In this document: piece by piece, positions 13,401 to 26,724 of the stretch
Numbering within the stretch: the first letter of the stretch is position 1
How the letters are laid out: every line of letters begins with the position of its first letter
DNA from: Eledone cirrhosa
Lineage: Eukaryota
Assembly: GCA_964016885.1 (NCBI GenBank)
Contig: OZ024740.1
Coordinates: 329,778,001 to 329,842,000, forward strand
Direction: 5' to 3'
Length of the DNA stretch: 64,000 nucleotides
Position numbers and translations under genes: made by a program
Notes under the pieces: generated by a model
Database searches by the model: none
Told to the model about the DNA's origin: nothing
The model's input: the letters and a program-made list of their open reading frames with translations, nothing else

Positions 13401-13479
13401 ATCTCTTGAATATACCTCATACATTATCATGTTCGTTGCAGGAATATTGCAAGAGCTAACTAGAAAGACATAAACGAAT

Positions 13480-13680
13480 ATTGGTTTCCCACATATAGGC
13501 AAAAGGCCAACACATTTGTGGGAGGGGAAAGTAGATTAAATTGACCCCCAGTGCGTGACGGCTACTTTATTTTACCGACCCTGTAAGGATGACAGGCAAA
13601 GTTAACCTCAGCTGGATTTGATCTCAGATCAATAAGGGCCGTATATCTATGTTGCAAAGCATGGCGATCCACCGACACAA
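13480..13680 (-). mobile_element. tRNA-derived SINE (family 1), diverged
   Basis: tactttattttaccgaccctgtaaggatgacaggcaaagttaacctcagctggatttgatctc. Confidence 0.75.
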
Positions 13681-14701
13681 ACGAATATTACTAATTGTCT
13701 AATCTTTCTATCTTTTCGAAAGTCCAGAAGACATTTTGAGGCATGTTACTGGCTGTTCGTGATCTCAACAGATAAGCATATGCTAGACCAAACATATTTT
13801 TGCATTAATTTTGGTTATTGAATTATATTGTTTTATTATCTTCATAAATATTTTGGTTTTAATATGTTCAAAATATATCGGCTATGTCTCTATGGTAAAC
13901 AATTCATGATGTTGCAAATTTGCACATTGATTCTTCCATCACTATTGATGCACGTGATGTGAAGCATACACCTCGCCCCTGAGGTGATAAGAATAATAAT
14001 CATGTCTGGAATAATTGCAGTACTTCCCATAATAATGAGAATATCGTAGGTCATTTGCTAATGATTTTTCAATCACTGCTTAATCAGTTCTGTTGAGACT
14101 TTCATTGATTCTCTCATTAAATATATAATTTAATGTCTTTAAAATGCATAATCCAATGTGCCTCACAGGCAAAATTTGCTTTCAAGTTCCCCATGTTAAT
14201 GTTATAAAATTAATGTGTTAACGTTTGAACGCCGGTACGAAAATATGCATAGCAGCTATATGTTGTTGTGTTGAAGTGCAGATTGGACGTTACAAAACTA
14301 ATTATCATAGTACTAAAACGAAATTGACATGGGTGAGCCGAAATTATTTTCCAGATAAGTATATGTATGTTTATAATTCTCACATATATTTTTTTTCTAG
14401 ATAGATTATGTTATCAGACAGATGTTGGATTAGAAAGATATTTTGAAATCAATTGACCTAAAATATAAAGAAATCTCAAAACAATTGCATAAAATAACTC
14501 CCCCATGAAATTGACTGTATTATATCCAAACACACATACGTTTGTATTAATACTATTTCTAAATCATGAACCAATCCTACACGTTCATTGGAATGGACAT
14601 CAATGTGTACATTTGTGTTGGATCTCGATTTGCACCGCTGCATTGATCACTACAATACTATCTATAGTGACATTTTATAGACAGAAACTACTCTGAAAAT
14701 A

Positions 14702-14873
14702 ATTGTTTCTACTTTTGGCACAAGGCCAGTACATTACTGGTACTTTATTTTATCGAGCACCGTAAGGATGAAAGGCAAAGTTAACCTCAACGGGATTTGA
14801 ACTCAAACCGTAAAGGGACGTAACTATGCTAGAAAGCATGGCGTCCAACTCTCTACCGATACTGCCGATTCAC
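14702..14873 (-). mobile_element. tRNA-derived SINE (family 1)
   Basis: Homologous to 407-592; tgaaaataat on both sides (TSD). Confidence 0.85.
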
Positions 14874-15965
14874 TGAAAATAATGAATACGAATCTGTATT
14901 CATTAGTTCAATTAATATACTGAATATATACACCGTACACATATTCAACAGTTTGGGAATTCATTTCAATGTATGTCCCTGATAATTTAGCGTAGACAAA
15001 TATAAAAGAAAAAGGAACATGTTCTATTGTTTGTAACATTGTCAGACTCTTGGATGCAGCGGATATTTCCTTCAATTCTCCTATGCCCAGAGTACACCCT
15101 GCAAAATACCTTGTTCTTTGAAAATTTGTTAGAGAGAGCCTACTATTGAAATCGGTTGTTGTCCTGTGCTACTGCTGAGAGGAATAGCTTTTTCGGATGA
15201 CGAATATCGACACATAAAATTAACTTTAGATACTGGGCATTGAAATTGAAGCAAGTAACTGTTTGGTATTTTAGATAAAACAGAAATATGAAACGCTCAG
15301 TGGACCCCAGTGAAACATGAATTGAGTTGATATTTGGATTGTTGTACACTCAGTATATTTCTATACGAGTACTGTACATTTTATGACGATATTACGGTTT
15401 CATGAAAGTAAACTTTCGGACAGTATGCTTAATAATATTTAATATATTTTGTCCTCATTTCTACTTCAAGTTTGATATATGTGACTATTGATAATGCAGA
15501 ATATAATATTTCTATTTTTGATCAAATACAGAATCCCAAATATCATACGAAGAATTAAAACATTGAGCTATTGATATAAAACCTGCAAATTAATATTAGA
15601 TTAACCTCAACAGAGAAACATTCCTTAATACGTAAGATGTAATTCCTAATACAGAGTAATTCAGAATAAATCAGTTGGATTACAATTACTAAATTGTCTT
15701 ACATGTTTCTTGATGTATATGTAATTTAACTCAATAATAACAGCTAAATATAAGCCACTAAATTAACTGTTCTCTACAATTGATTAATATATACATTATT
15801 TGATTATGGGAAAATTCCTATTTGTAAAGTTATGAAACTGGAACGGAATCAATTAATTTGTAATCAGAAATGCAAATATTATATCTAGGTTATAAAAATA
15901 AAGTCCCAAACGAAATAACTAAAGCATTGTAATATATGTATCCTTCCTTCGTTAACTAAAGGTAT

Positions 15966-16200
<235 letters not shown>

Positions 16201-16541
16201 GAGCGTGAGAGAGGACGAATACAATTATCGAACTTCATTAAGAACATATGTTTAAGAAGAAATCGTTCCGGCTTTCTACTCTCAAATTATGCCGAGATCC
16301 ACAGATATGCGAGGTCGATAAATAAAGTGCAATTTATTTACTAAAGTTGATTCTTTCTTTCATCATTTTGTCATTTCTTTTCAGGAAGAAATATGCTGCA
16401 TTCAGTGGTGGAGAGAGATTGGCTCATGTTTCTACGGTATATCCTTATGTAACACCTAATGAATAAATACATAAATACGCATGCAAACACACACAAACAC
16501 ACACTGACCACATGTACACACGCATACACGCACATGTATAT

Positions 16542-16573
<32 letters not shown>

Positions 16574-17259
16574 TACGTGTATGTTTACATGTATCTGTAA
16601 ATAGAAAGTCTCTTTTAATATCATGGGCAAATAGCGTATATATGTATGTTTATGTATGCATATGAATTTATAAGTATATCTTTCGGTGTGTGTATCTGTT
16701 TATGGATGCATAACTCAAACATACTATTAAATGAGATAATCTGTTTACAGGTATATCAATTGAAATTTTAACATAACAATTGTAATAAAATTCCTCATCC
16801 ATTTTACCGTGGCAAATGTACTCCAGATTAAGAATCAAAAGTAGATCAGGTTAAAGCGCTTCTTTATTCGTATAGAAACTAACTTTTGTCTCTATTCTTC
16901 CTTAAACATACTATACCTCTAGCCGTATTCAACTGGCTATGTCGCATTTCGTGTTTTATTTGTTATTTGAAATAAATAGTTACTTCTTATACTTCCAATG
17001 TTTATGGATTCCAGGTTTTATGAATTTCCTACATGACTGTTTATTGAAAAGTGTGTTATACTAAAACGTATATCTCTCCAAAATAGTATAGTTTGAAATA
17101 CTCAATGTTTTCTATAGATATCATTGGTGAACATAAATCTTTGGAAGGGATATATACATATATGCAGTATAATATTCGACTTATAAACACTCAACCGTAA
17201 TCGTACACACACACGCACGCATACCCCCCCCCCCACCACTACAACTTCCAACCGTGTTA

Positions 17260-17480
<221 letters not shown>

Positions 17481-18764
17481 TCACGTGAAACGTATGTCCG
17501 TTGGTTACTTCTTTGTCAGATATCAAACTCGACATAAAATATAGAGAAGAATAAGAATAGTGCGCGAGAAAATGAACATTGGGAATTGCAGGAGGTGCAT
17601 TGACATTGATAGTTTTGGAAGATAAGTATGATGAATGAACTCGAAAACGGGATCCTGCGTGTACTGATATATACTCACACACACACACGCGCGCGCGCGC
17701 GCACACACACATACACACACACACACCTGTATATATATATATAGAGAGAGATAGATAGATAGATAGAGATAGAGATATCTGTGTGTAAACGTGTATATAT
17801 ATATATATATATATAATCGCAAGTCATGTATACCTACGCAAAACACATTACCGTAAGGGGACACATTATAAGGGAAAGTAAAGTAGCATGTTTCAAAGCG
17901 GAGAGGACGTATGACAGAGATAAATGAATACATGCATGGATATATAATCTTCCAATTCATTATTTCTATAAATCTATGTAAAATGTGATTTAATATTACT
18001 TTTTGGTGGCAGGTAATATTTTTTTAGAGAATATTTTGAGTGAAATATATACAGGATAAAAAATAAATTTTAAATTAAATATAAGTACGCACTTTTCAAA
18101 AAATAACATAATAAACCTATATATGTGCACTTACATATCATATCGCCAAGGAACCCGCCACTAAAAAGATTTTTCCTTACTTTAATTGTTCGTGCTTTTA
18201 TTCTCTCTTTCCTTTTATTATTTCAAATCCGTCAGAGAGCTATTCCTTGGCATAAGGAAGCCTGGAAAATGACACATTTCCATCGTGCTCATACCTATAT
18301 TCGTCTTTTTATTTACCCAATTTCAATCTTTTGATTTGTTCATCTGCCAACACTATAATATACACGAACTCTTCACACAACCAAACAGCTGTAAACAGAT
18401 ACACAGACAACAAAGTAAAGAAAAAAACAACTTTATAGCTATTCTTAGCTATTTTTACACATCTTAGCAATAGCTTGAAGACACAACAGAACCCATCCTA
18501 ATGCACACAAACATACATACACACACACGCACACATATGGCAGAATAACAAAATTCCATTCGGATCATTATTATGAATAGAAAGTGTTCATTTAATTTTA
18601 AACACAGATATTTTCTAGTGGATGAATAGAATCCTGATCTGTTGACCACCGCTTCCCCAACACCGCTCCACCTTTATTCGATAGTTGATCGACTTTCGTC
18701 AAATCGGACCGAGGAAACAATGTTTCTGTTGGTCTTTCCAATTGCTAATACTATCTATCGGTCG

Positions 18765-18880
18765 CAACGTGAAATAAAGTGTCTTGCTAAAGGCCATAAA
18801 GCATCACCTGGTCCATGAATCTTGAACTCACAGCCTCTCGATGCGAATCCAATTCACTAACCACTCAGCAAACGCCTTCA
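18765..18880 (-). mobile_element. SINE family 2 5' fragment
   Basis: gcaacgtgaaataaagtgtcttgctaa...ttgaactcacag...ctaaccact is the reverse complement of the 62655 element head. Confidence 0.6.
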
Positions 18881-19308
18881 TTATAAACATATATATGATA
18901 ATAAATTTTGACATATAGTTCACATTTGTTCTCACTTCCTACAGGATATGATAAGATTGATATACCAATCAAAAACGGTAATAATTGATAAAACGTAAAT
19001 CTATTTAATATTGCAGTTTATAAAAATATTAATTCTGTCATTAAAAAAAGTAACCTTTCAATATTCCAGTGTGCTTTTTTCCTTTAACTTTTTCCCTATA
19101 TATTATTATTCTGTAGAAGTGCTTCTTTTTATCTATTGTATTGTAAAACTATATTCAATGAGTAATCAATGAACCATATTAATCTTTGGTTATATATATA
19201 TATATATATATATATAACGAAGGAAATGTGGTAAGGAACCAGGTGAACCATAACGCACCAAATTACTCAATACTTGGGGTAGTAGAGTGGGTAATAGGAA
19301 CCAGTAAG

Positions 19309-19402
19309 ACCCCGACGGCTGAGCTCAAGCCGTTTCGACGGCTAATTCTGGACTAAATGAAAATTTATCCTGGTATTTAAATAGCCGATCTTCTCAAGGA
19401 GT
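19309..19402 (-). ncRNA. Full-size type-I hammerhead ribozyme, U3-A8 core variant, GUC cleavage triplet
   Basis: actcc TTGAGAA gatcggcta..tagccgtc GAA acggct-tgagctc-agccgT C ggggt; predicted cut between 19314 and 19313. Confidence 0.8.
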
Positions 19403-20521
19403 AATTCCATATATGGTCAAAGTGATTGTCAAAAATCAGTAGTAATTCTGTGATTGCAAATTAGTAGGGGAGATGGTGGCTAAACCTGCCAGTAGGAGAA
19501 AGAGGGGAGGGGGTGTAGTAGACCCAATCAAGCGTTGGTAGTGCCAGCTACAGCTGGGCATGAGGTCAAAGAAGATACTGGGGAGGGGGAGGGGGATGAA
19601 GTCGGAACGGTAGGTAGAACAATGGGGGGTAAAAATATATATGAAAGAAAAAATACTGAGAGTGAAGAAAAGCGAATAAGTGTAAAGAAAAAAGTAAAGC
19701 AAGTTCTACGACCTAGGTCTCTAGCTATTGTTAGGCTAGAATAAATAAATAAAGAAAGAAAGAAGTAAAGAAAGAAGTAAAGAAATAAATAAAGAAATAA
19801 CGAAATAAGTAAATGAACTAGGTGGGACGGAATAGGCAAGGACACTTTTAAGAGGTATAAGTACGTAAATGATACGGTGACGGGTCAACAAATGGGGCCA
19901 AAATACTAAAGAGACTACCACGAAATAAATAATAAAGGTTTCTATCCCGAGCACAATGCCAGCAACCACCCAGTTCAGCAAAGTGAACTAGTACGAGATA
20001 ATAATTCTGAGTCCCGAAAAAAATATATACTAATGCTAACTCTAAAAGATCTAAAACAAGCTACATGAAAGTTCGTACGAAGTAAAGGTAGAATACGGAA
20101 AAATAAATTCAGAATCCACCCCGCCCAAAAGAAAAGCGAAGAAAGAAATACTGAAACGAGAAAATAAGGCATAAGTGCCACTAAGAAATATAGAAGGCAC
20201 GGAGAATAGTGGGAGCGGTCGGAAAAAGGGGGCAAGTATCCGGGGTCTAAACCAACTGCTATAAAAGGCGGAGTCCGCCAAATCTATCATAGACTAGGGA
20301 AGGGGGTGGGGGTACTAAGGCTACAAGGGGCCAAAGGGCAGCCTCGGGTGGCCGAAAAAAGACGCCGACAAAGGAGAAGAGCTGGGGTAGAAGGACTAAG
20401 GAGGAAAGGGGGGAAGAAAATAAAGGAAGCGATAAAAGAATAAAAAGAAGATCTTACGTCTCCCTTGGCAAGCAGGGGTTACCCATTGCAAAATCGGCAA
20501 GTGGGGTGTTATAGCCCTAGT

Positions 20522-21349
20522 CTACCCACCCGGGTCATTATGGGGTTTGAGGGCGAGGTAAGTCCTACGCAATCTATGTTTACATGCAGTAACCAGTTCA
20601 TCTTTCTTGTTTAGGAGTTGGTCCGTCGAAAACAGCATTTGTAAATTTTCCTCCGAGCATAAATTGCACGGACGGCGTCCTCCCGTGTAAGAATTGGCTC
20701 TGGACAGTAATCTCCAATTGAGATCATAGGTGATGCTGTTGTCCTTGAGGTCCCATATGTGGCCCGAAAGTGTAGTGGCGTGACGCCGGGTCGGATTTCG
20801 GAAGGTATGTCTATGTTGGTATAGCCGGGTCTTGAAGTCACATGCGGTAAGTCCTATATAGGCTTTGTTGGAGGTATCCGTCCTCACGTTGCACTGGTAG
20901 ATCACATTACGGTCTCTGCATCTATTGTCGAGTGGGCAAATGGATCTATCCGGACAGTTACACCTCCTGGTCGGTTCTCCACTGCTATTTAGGTTATTTC
21001 TGCCATCGGGGTTGAGTTTTTTGTTGTTAGAGGAGACGATGTTTTGTGCGAAGTTTGGTGTAGTGCTGTAAGAGAGTTTGATGGTATTTTTGTTAATTAT
21101 GTTGTGGTAGCGGTGTTGTAATGGGAAGTGTTTTTCAATGAGCCTAAAGAATAGTTTCCCGATGGGAGTTGTCACCCCTGCGTTGTGGGGAGGATTGAAC
21201 CATGTTACATTGCGTGAGCGGCGGAGTCTCCTGCTGGTTCCGCTAATGGGAGCTGGACAGTAGGATATTTCCTCCCGGAAACCACTCCGCTTGAGGGCCT
21301 GGTTGTAATAAGGCGCATGTTCATCGAATATCCGCTCATTAGCTGACAA
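20522..21349 (-). pseudogene. Intact-frame C-terminal part of PLE protein with GIY-YIG endonuclease
   Basis: 275-aa open frame with VIY..YIG motif and CxC/CPL cysteine cluster; 5' truncated. Confidence 0.85.
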
Positions 21350-21599
21350 ACGGGATATGCGGAGGGAGATGTTTTTGACCAGGTTGTCTGTGATGTTCCT
21401 AGGATGGTTTGATCGGCGGTGGATTGGCAGTGGATCGGCGGTGGATTGGGTTCGGAGGTGGTTGGCTTATTTAATTTTTTAGAATTTTGTAGAAGTGTGT
21501 GTTTTTATGTGTGTATATGTGTATGTGTATGTGTGTTTATGGTTGCGCGCGAGTGTGTGAGTGAGTGTGTTTTTTTGTGAATGTGTCTGTTGATTTTTG

Positions 21600-22170
21600 G
21601 CATATAGTTGATTAGTTTAAGAGAAGTTCGAAGATAATTGTAAGATATGCACTCAGTATATTGAATCTGTCTACAGAATTCTCTAAACCTTTGTCACTTA
21701 GTAGAACCTTAATGAATTTAGCTTTTAAAGAATCTCCCTTTCCTTTAATTCTATCTACCATGACTGACCCCCCACTGATCTTATAGACATCTGTTAGCTT
21801 AAGAGAAACTTAATGACAAGGAATGGTATGCCATCCGGAACCTGTTTATAGAATTCTGTCTGCCTTTGTTACTCTAAAAACAAAAATTAATATTAATAAA
21901 AATAAACTATAGCTTTGTAGAATTAGCTTTTAATGAATTCCCTTTTCTATCAACCAATGACCTACACCCATCCCACTCCCCACCCTCTCCTACCAATTGT
22001 AGAGACCTATAAATACCATATTTATTTTTTGATACCCAGATTCCTGATGATTTCTAAAGAATGAAACAGCTCTAGTGCTGTAGAATCTCATCTATATTAA
22101 AACTTTTATACTCTGCAATGTATTGAGTACCTTACTTACTGTGATTACCTCCGATTCAACCCGGAATAAC

Positions 22171-22171
<1 letters not shown>
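21600..22171 (+). mobile_element. 3' tail of a further PLE-like family (C), with internal direct repeats
   Basis: Carries canonical HHR, shares gtattgagta motif with family B tail, ends at (TA)n. Confidence 0.55.
22038..22088 (+). ncRNA. Canonical type-I hammerhead ribozyme
   Basis: agattc CTGATGA t ttc-taaa-gaa t GAA acagc-tctagt-gctgT A gaatct; three stems, intact core, GUA triplet. Confidence 0.85.
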
Positions 22172-22237
<66 letters not shown>

Positions 22238-22313
22238 TATATATAAATTAATTAAGCCAAATAGGTAAAAATGTGGCTTCGTTTATTATAAATTATAGAT
22301 ACTCTGCTATATA

Positions 22314-22364
22314 TGCTATATATATTTCGGTGACAGCCATCATTGGCTGTGACGTCTTCAGGCA
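22314..22364 (-). ncRNA. Minimal type-I hammerhead ribozyme (family D)
   Basis: tgc CTGAAGA cgtc acagcca-atga-tggctgt cacc GAAA tatata TA gca; ~70 nt from (TA)n. Confidence 0.6.
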
Positions 22365-23254
22365 GGGTAGTCCGAATGGATGTGGTAGAGACAGGTACAC
22401 ATGTTGTTTAAGTGTGTTTTAGCCGTCAATACTCCGCTTCCGATATGTCCAGCTTCTGGTTGCGTTGTTATTTCTCTGAGGAACTGGAATCATATGAATT
22501 TGAACAAACGAATTTCGGCGTCATAGGACACTCTCTCATCCTATTGGTCAGTTGTGAGAACATTCCTCAGTAAAAAGTCTATAGACATTTTTCTGAGGCA
22601 AGACAATCTGTTGTAGTTGTTTTTGTTTAAGTACAGCTGACCTCCTCCATTGTTTGGTAATGGTAGTGGTGTTAAGGGGTCAGCTAGCAGGTCAGCTTTA
22701 GTTTGCTGCTGCTATATTCAGAAGAATTTGTGTGTGGGGATTGGCTTCTATCCTGCAACCATTTCACCTGGTGGTGGTGGTGGTGTGGTGTGTGTGTTTG
22801 TGCCAAACAAATAATAGATGAAAAATAAAATGCGTGTGTGTTATAACCAATATCAAAATTTGGAAAGTATTAATTGAAGTAGAAAACCTGTGTGTCAGAA
22901 TCGAGAAGTGTAAAGAATTACAATTCTTACACTATCATCGACTGGTGCGTTTTAAGGGCAAATTAGACAATAGTGGAGCGTAAAACACCAAAATATGAGT
23001 GTCAAAATCCGGAAACGCAAAGGGCTAGAGTTCCTATTTCGGCATAAAGTACATATGCGTGTATGTCAACGCACATCCTTGCAAGCACACACGCACAAAC
23101 AGAGACTCGTGTGTTTGTGCGTGTGTGCTTGCCATATGTATATATATATATACACACACATATATATGCATCCCATATGTATGTATATATATATATACAC
23201 ACACATATATATGCACACACACATACACACACACATACATCATATACACACCAA

Positions 23255-23856
23255 TCCTAATTTTCAATTTTTTCCTGGACCGGCAACCGCTCTGTATATT
23301 CAGTTCCAGCAAGATCGTAACTAAGCCACAAGTAGTAATCTAGCTGAACTTATCAAGTGGTGGAGTCCATATATGGGCATGCATTCAAAGCAAAAAATGC
23401 AAAATCAAAAGAGAAAAAATCCTAAAAGTTCGTTGCTTTTCTAGTCTGGCCCTTTCAATTGAAGTTTACCGTTTCTAAGAGTTTAAATATAGTTGATTAG
23501 GATAAAATCTCTCGTAATACCGTGCGTGCACGCCTGACTGGCTTTGCACCCTCCGGTCAGTCTGCCTTCTTTGCTCTCCCCCTTGTATTTCGGCCTGTTT
23601 AGTCCCCCACCGCTATGAATGTATTTGACTATGTACACGACATCCCAGATCACTGACCATTCCCCTGGACAAACAATAAAAACAACAAACTTTTAGGATT
23701 TTTTGCTTAGATTCATTGCTTTTTTACTTTGATTGCATGACCATATATGGACTGTACACCTTAATAAGTTCAGCTAGATTCCCGCCGTTCTACTATTTTT
23801 GCTTAGTTCGGATCTAGCTGTTGAAACGGCCGGAGCTCAGTCATCGGTGTCTATAT
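23255..23856. mobile_element. Diverged fold-back of family-B-related tails with HHR remnants
   Basis: 23320-23440 inverted against 23680-23815; 23756-23850 reads acacc TTAATAA..GAAA..gagctc..TC ggtgt (G5A variant, stem I covaried versus the 19309 copy). Confidence 0.65.
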
Positions 23857-23882
23857 TTATGTAAGTATATATATATATATAT

Positions 23883-24150
23883 AAAACAAAGGAGTTGTGG
23901 TAAGGAACCGGATGGACCATAAGGCACCAGAGTACTCAATACTTAGGGTAGTAGAGTGGGTAATACATTTATATGACCCCGATGACAGAGATCAAGCCGT
24001 TTCGACGGCTATTTCTCGACTGAAATAGCCGTCGAAATGGCTTGAGCTCTGCCGTCGGCGTCATACATTTTCCTATTACCCACTTCACTAGCCTAAGTAT
24101 TGAGTACTCTGGTGCGTTATGGTCCATCCGGTTCCTTACCACAACTCCTT

Positions 24151-24156
<6 letters not shown>
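23883..24156. mobile_element. Fold-back unit of two family B 3' tails between (TA)n arrays
   Basis: Arms homologous to 19216-19345 in opposite orientations, joined at ctatttc-tcgact-gaaatag. Confidence 0.85.
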
Positions 24157-24223
<67 letters not shown>

Positions 24224-24224
<1 letters not shown>

Positions 24225-25401
24225 CGATTCTGAATTTGTTTAGCAAGATTCTTTATCTGAAAACGTGTGTTGAAACCGATATTGTTATACATTGGGAGGG
24301 TCATGTTGCCAATAAGAAACACACGCACCAGTTGATTTCACTTCAATTTGTTATAATAATTTATAAATTTAGGAATTTATAAATTTCCGGTTGGTTGGTT
24401 GGTTGGTTCCACAACCAGATGGTTGTTTATATATTGTCAAAGTTCTTTCATCACACATTCTGTGACCTCTTCAGTAACTGGGATTCTTTTCTTTGTTTTT
24501 GTGCCTCTCCTTTGTTCTGTCCTACGCCATCTTTTTTCTGTGTGTGTGTGTTGTGTGCTCAGTTTGCGCATGCGCCACATCCGGGTGTCTGTGTGTGTTT
24601 ATATTCGTTTATTTACATGTTACTGGTTGGTTGTTTGTTCTATGTGCGTGTGTGTTTTCATTTTGTCCTTAATTGTGATGTTGCTGTTCCACTCATGTTC
24701 TCTTTTGAATTTTGGTTGTAATTCTTTTATGTTTATTGCCTCTGTAATTTGTCTAAACATTGCGTCTTTTCTGTTGTGTAGATTCTATTTTTATTTCTAT
24801 GTTCTCTAATTTACCCGTATGTTCTATTTTAGCATGTTGATAGAGTACAGATGATCCTTTACTATCTTGAAAGTCTCGCCAGTGTTCATTTATCCGTTCC
24901 CCGACACTACGAGCTGTCTCACCTATGTACACTATATTTTTATCTCTACATTGTCCTTCATACATCTTATGCTATATACTATATTTCTAGTTTTACAGTT
25001 AATATGGGGGCTTAATTTACAGGTTATACAATTCTTATCTATACAGGGGGGTCTTTGAAAAGGGTATGTCTTGCTAATAAGTGTTTTTATGCATACGGTG
25101 GATGAAGTGCTGTATGTGTCTCTCTAGTTCTTCGGGGTTGCACACGCGGGACACGTTTCTTATCACCCGTACCAAATCCGCAATCAGTATGTTGATTTTG
25201 GCATGGTCCGAAACAGCTGAGTTTCGGTGGATCAGATATTTGGAAGTCATGGGTTTGGCATAATGGGAATGGAGGATTTGTTTTTTGTTATTAATGGTAT
25301 CTAACCAGAGCTCTGTGTCTAGTACTGGTAATCGATGGTTGGAGTGTTTGCTTGGGTAGTCTATAGTAACTCTAATGCTCTGGTGGATGGAGTTAGCTAT
25401 T
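24224..25401 (-). mobile_element. 5'-truncated PLE family A2 with internal deletion
   Basis: LPVLDTELW, HSHYAKPMTSKYLI, YIGETARSVGERINEH; 3' tail to (TA)n. Confidence 0.88.
24436..24478 (-). ncRNA. Minimal hammerhead ribozyme (family A2)
   Basis: gtta CTGAAGA g gtcaca-gaatg-tgtgat GAAA gaac TT tgac. Confidence 0.65.
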
Positions 25402-26123
25402 TGCGGTGTGTTTGCAAACAAACATCCGCCACTAGGCCGTATTGTCCAGCAACCATCGCTGCTCGTTTGTTCAACACTGACAAAGGAACGCTGCACTAGT
25501 GTCAAGCCTATTAGCAAGCGTCAGCAACCCATACCCTCCGGCCAGATTGCTGAACATACACACCCACCCTCTGCATGTTAACGGCCGAGCAGCCCAAACC
25601 CCGCATCGAGTGGGCCAACCGGCCGGGTGCACCGAAAACGATAAACGGAAAAAATGAAACGAAATTTCACTTCCCACTCTCAGTACGGCTGTTACTTAAA
25701 TATAAGTATGCGCACATACATACACACTTGTACACAGACGCAGAGCAGTATGTATATATATACATACACACATGCACACACACATATGTGTACGTATGGA
25801 TTCACCGAACATTTACCACAATGCTCGGTGTGTTTGCAAACAAACATCCCGCACTAAGCCGTAGTGTCCAGCAACCATCGCTGCTCGTTTGTCCAACACT
25901 GACAAAGGAACGCTGCACTAGTTTGAAGCCTATTATCTATCGTCAGTAACGCATACCCTCCTGCCAGATTGCTGAACGTACACACCCACCCTCTGCATAT
26001 TAGCGGCTGAGCAGCCCAACCCCGCATCGAGTGGGCCAACCGTACTGAGAGTGGGAAGTGAAATTTCGTTTCATTTTTTCCGTTAATCGTTTTCGGTACA
26101 CCCAGCCGGTTGGCCCACTCGAT
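25402..26123. repeat. Unclassified ~420-bp unit in partial tandem plus an inverted fragment
   Basis: 25402-25620 repeated at 25825-26042; 26040-26123 is an inverted copy of 25606-25688; homologous to 35073-36960. Confidence 0.8.
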
Positions 26124-26534
26124 AGAATATGCATACCAACACTAACACATATATATCCTAGAAACGATCGTAAAATGATGAATTTTTTAATATAAGGAAC
26201 TGTTTCTTTGTTTATTCATTACTTTATTAATTTATATATATATATATATATATATGGTGTAAATTTAGAAGTAAATGTAGTCTGTCGATTCTCTGTTTTA
26301 GAAGTACACTTATTGTTATCTGATCTTGAACTGTTGAGTTAAATCAAGCAAATTTATGTCTCTTTTTTCTAGTTTATTTTTAATGCATTTGAAACAAAAT
26401 GTACCATCCAAGCAAAGTATTCTCTTAATGAAATGTTTCCAGTTTTGTGAATATATTGCTGCTAAATTTAAAAATAATAACGTTAACTATATATATACAT
26501 AACGTTATTATTTATATTATTTTTGTTCGATTTA

Positions 26535-26724
26535 ATTGTTTCTATTTTTGGCACAAGCCCAGCAATTATCCCAGTGCATTACTGGTACTTTACTTTTTTG
26601 AACCATTAAGGATGCAAGGCAAAGTTAATATTGGCGGCATGTGAACTCAGATTGTAAAGGGCCGTAACTGTATGCTACAAATCATGGTGTAGGAACCTCC
26701 ACCGATACCGCCAATCCACCGCCT
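26535..26724 (-). mobile_element. tRNA-derived SINE (family 1)
   Basis: Homology to 407-592; tttaattg on both sides. Confidence 0.85.

Larger units (their letters stand above)
19216..21425 (-). mobile_element. 5'-truncated PLE family B (thumb + GIY-YIG, ~1.3-kb 3' UTR ending at (TA)n)
   Basis: HRRSNHP, WFNPP, IKLSYS, CNC..CPL, VIYQC, YIGLT..FKTRLYQH, CNLC. Confidence 0.88.

Noticed and set aside
16384-16436. Possible plus-strand micro-exon after tttcttttcag
   Set aside because: Weak donor and no recognisable peptide
26161-26172. GAAACGATCGTA (also minus at 61470-61481) as hammerhead half
   Set aside because: Palindromic stem III present but no recognisable CUGANGA upstream; at most remnants
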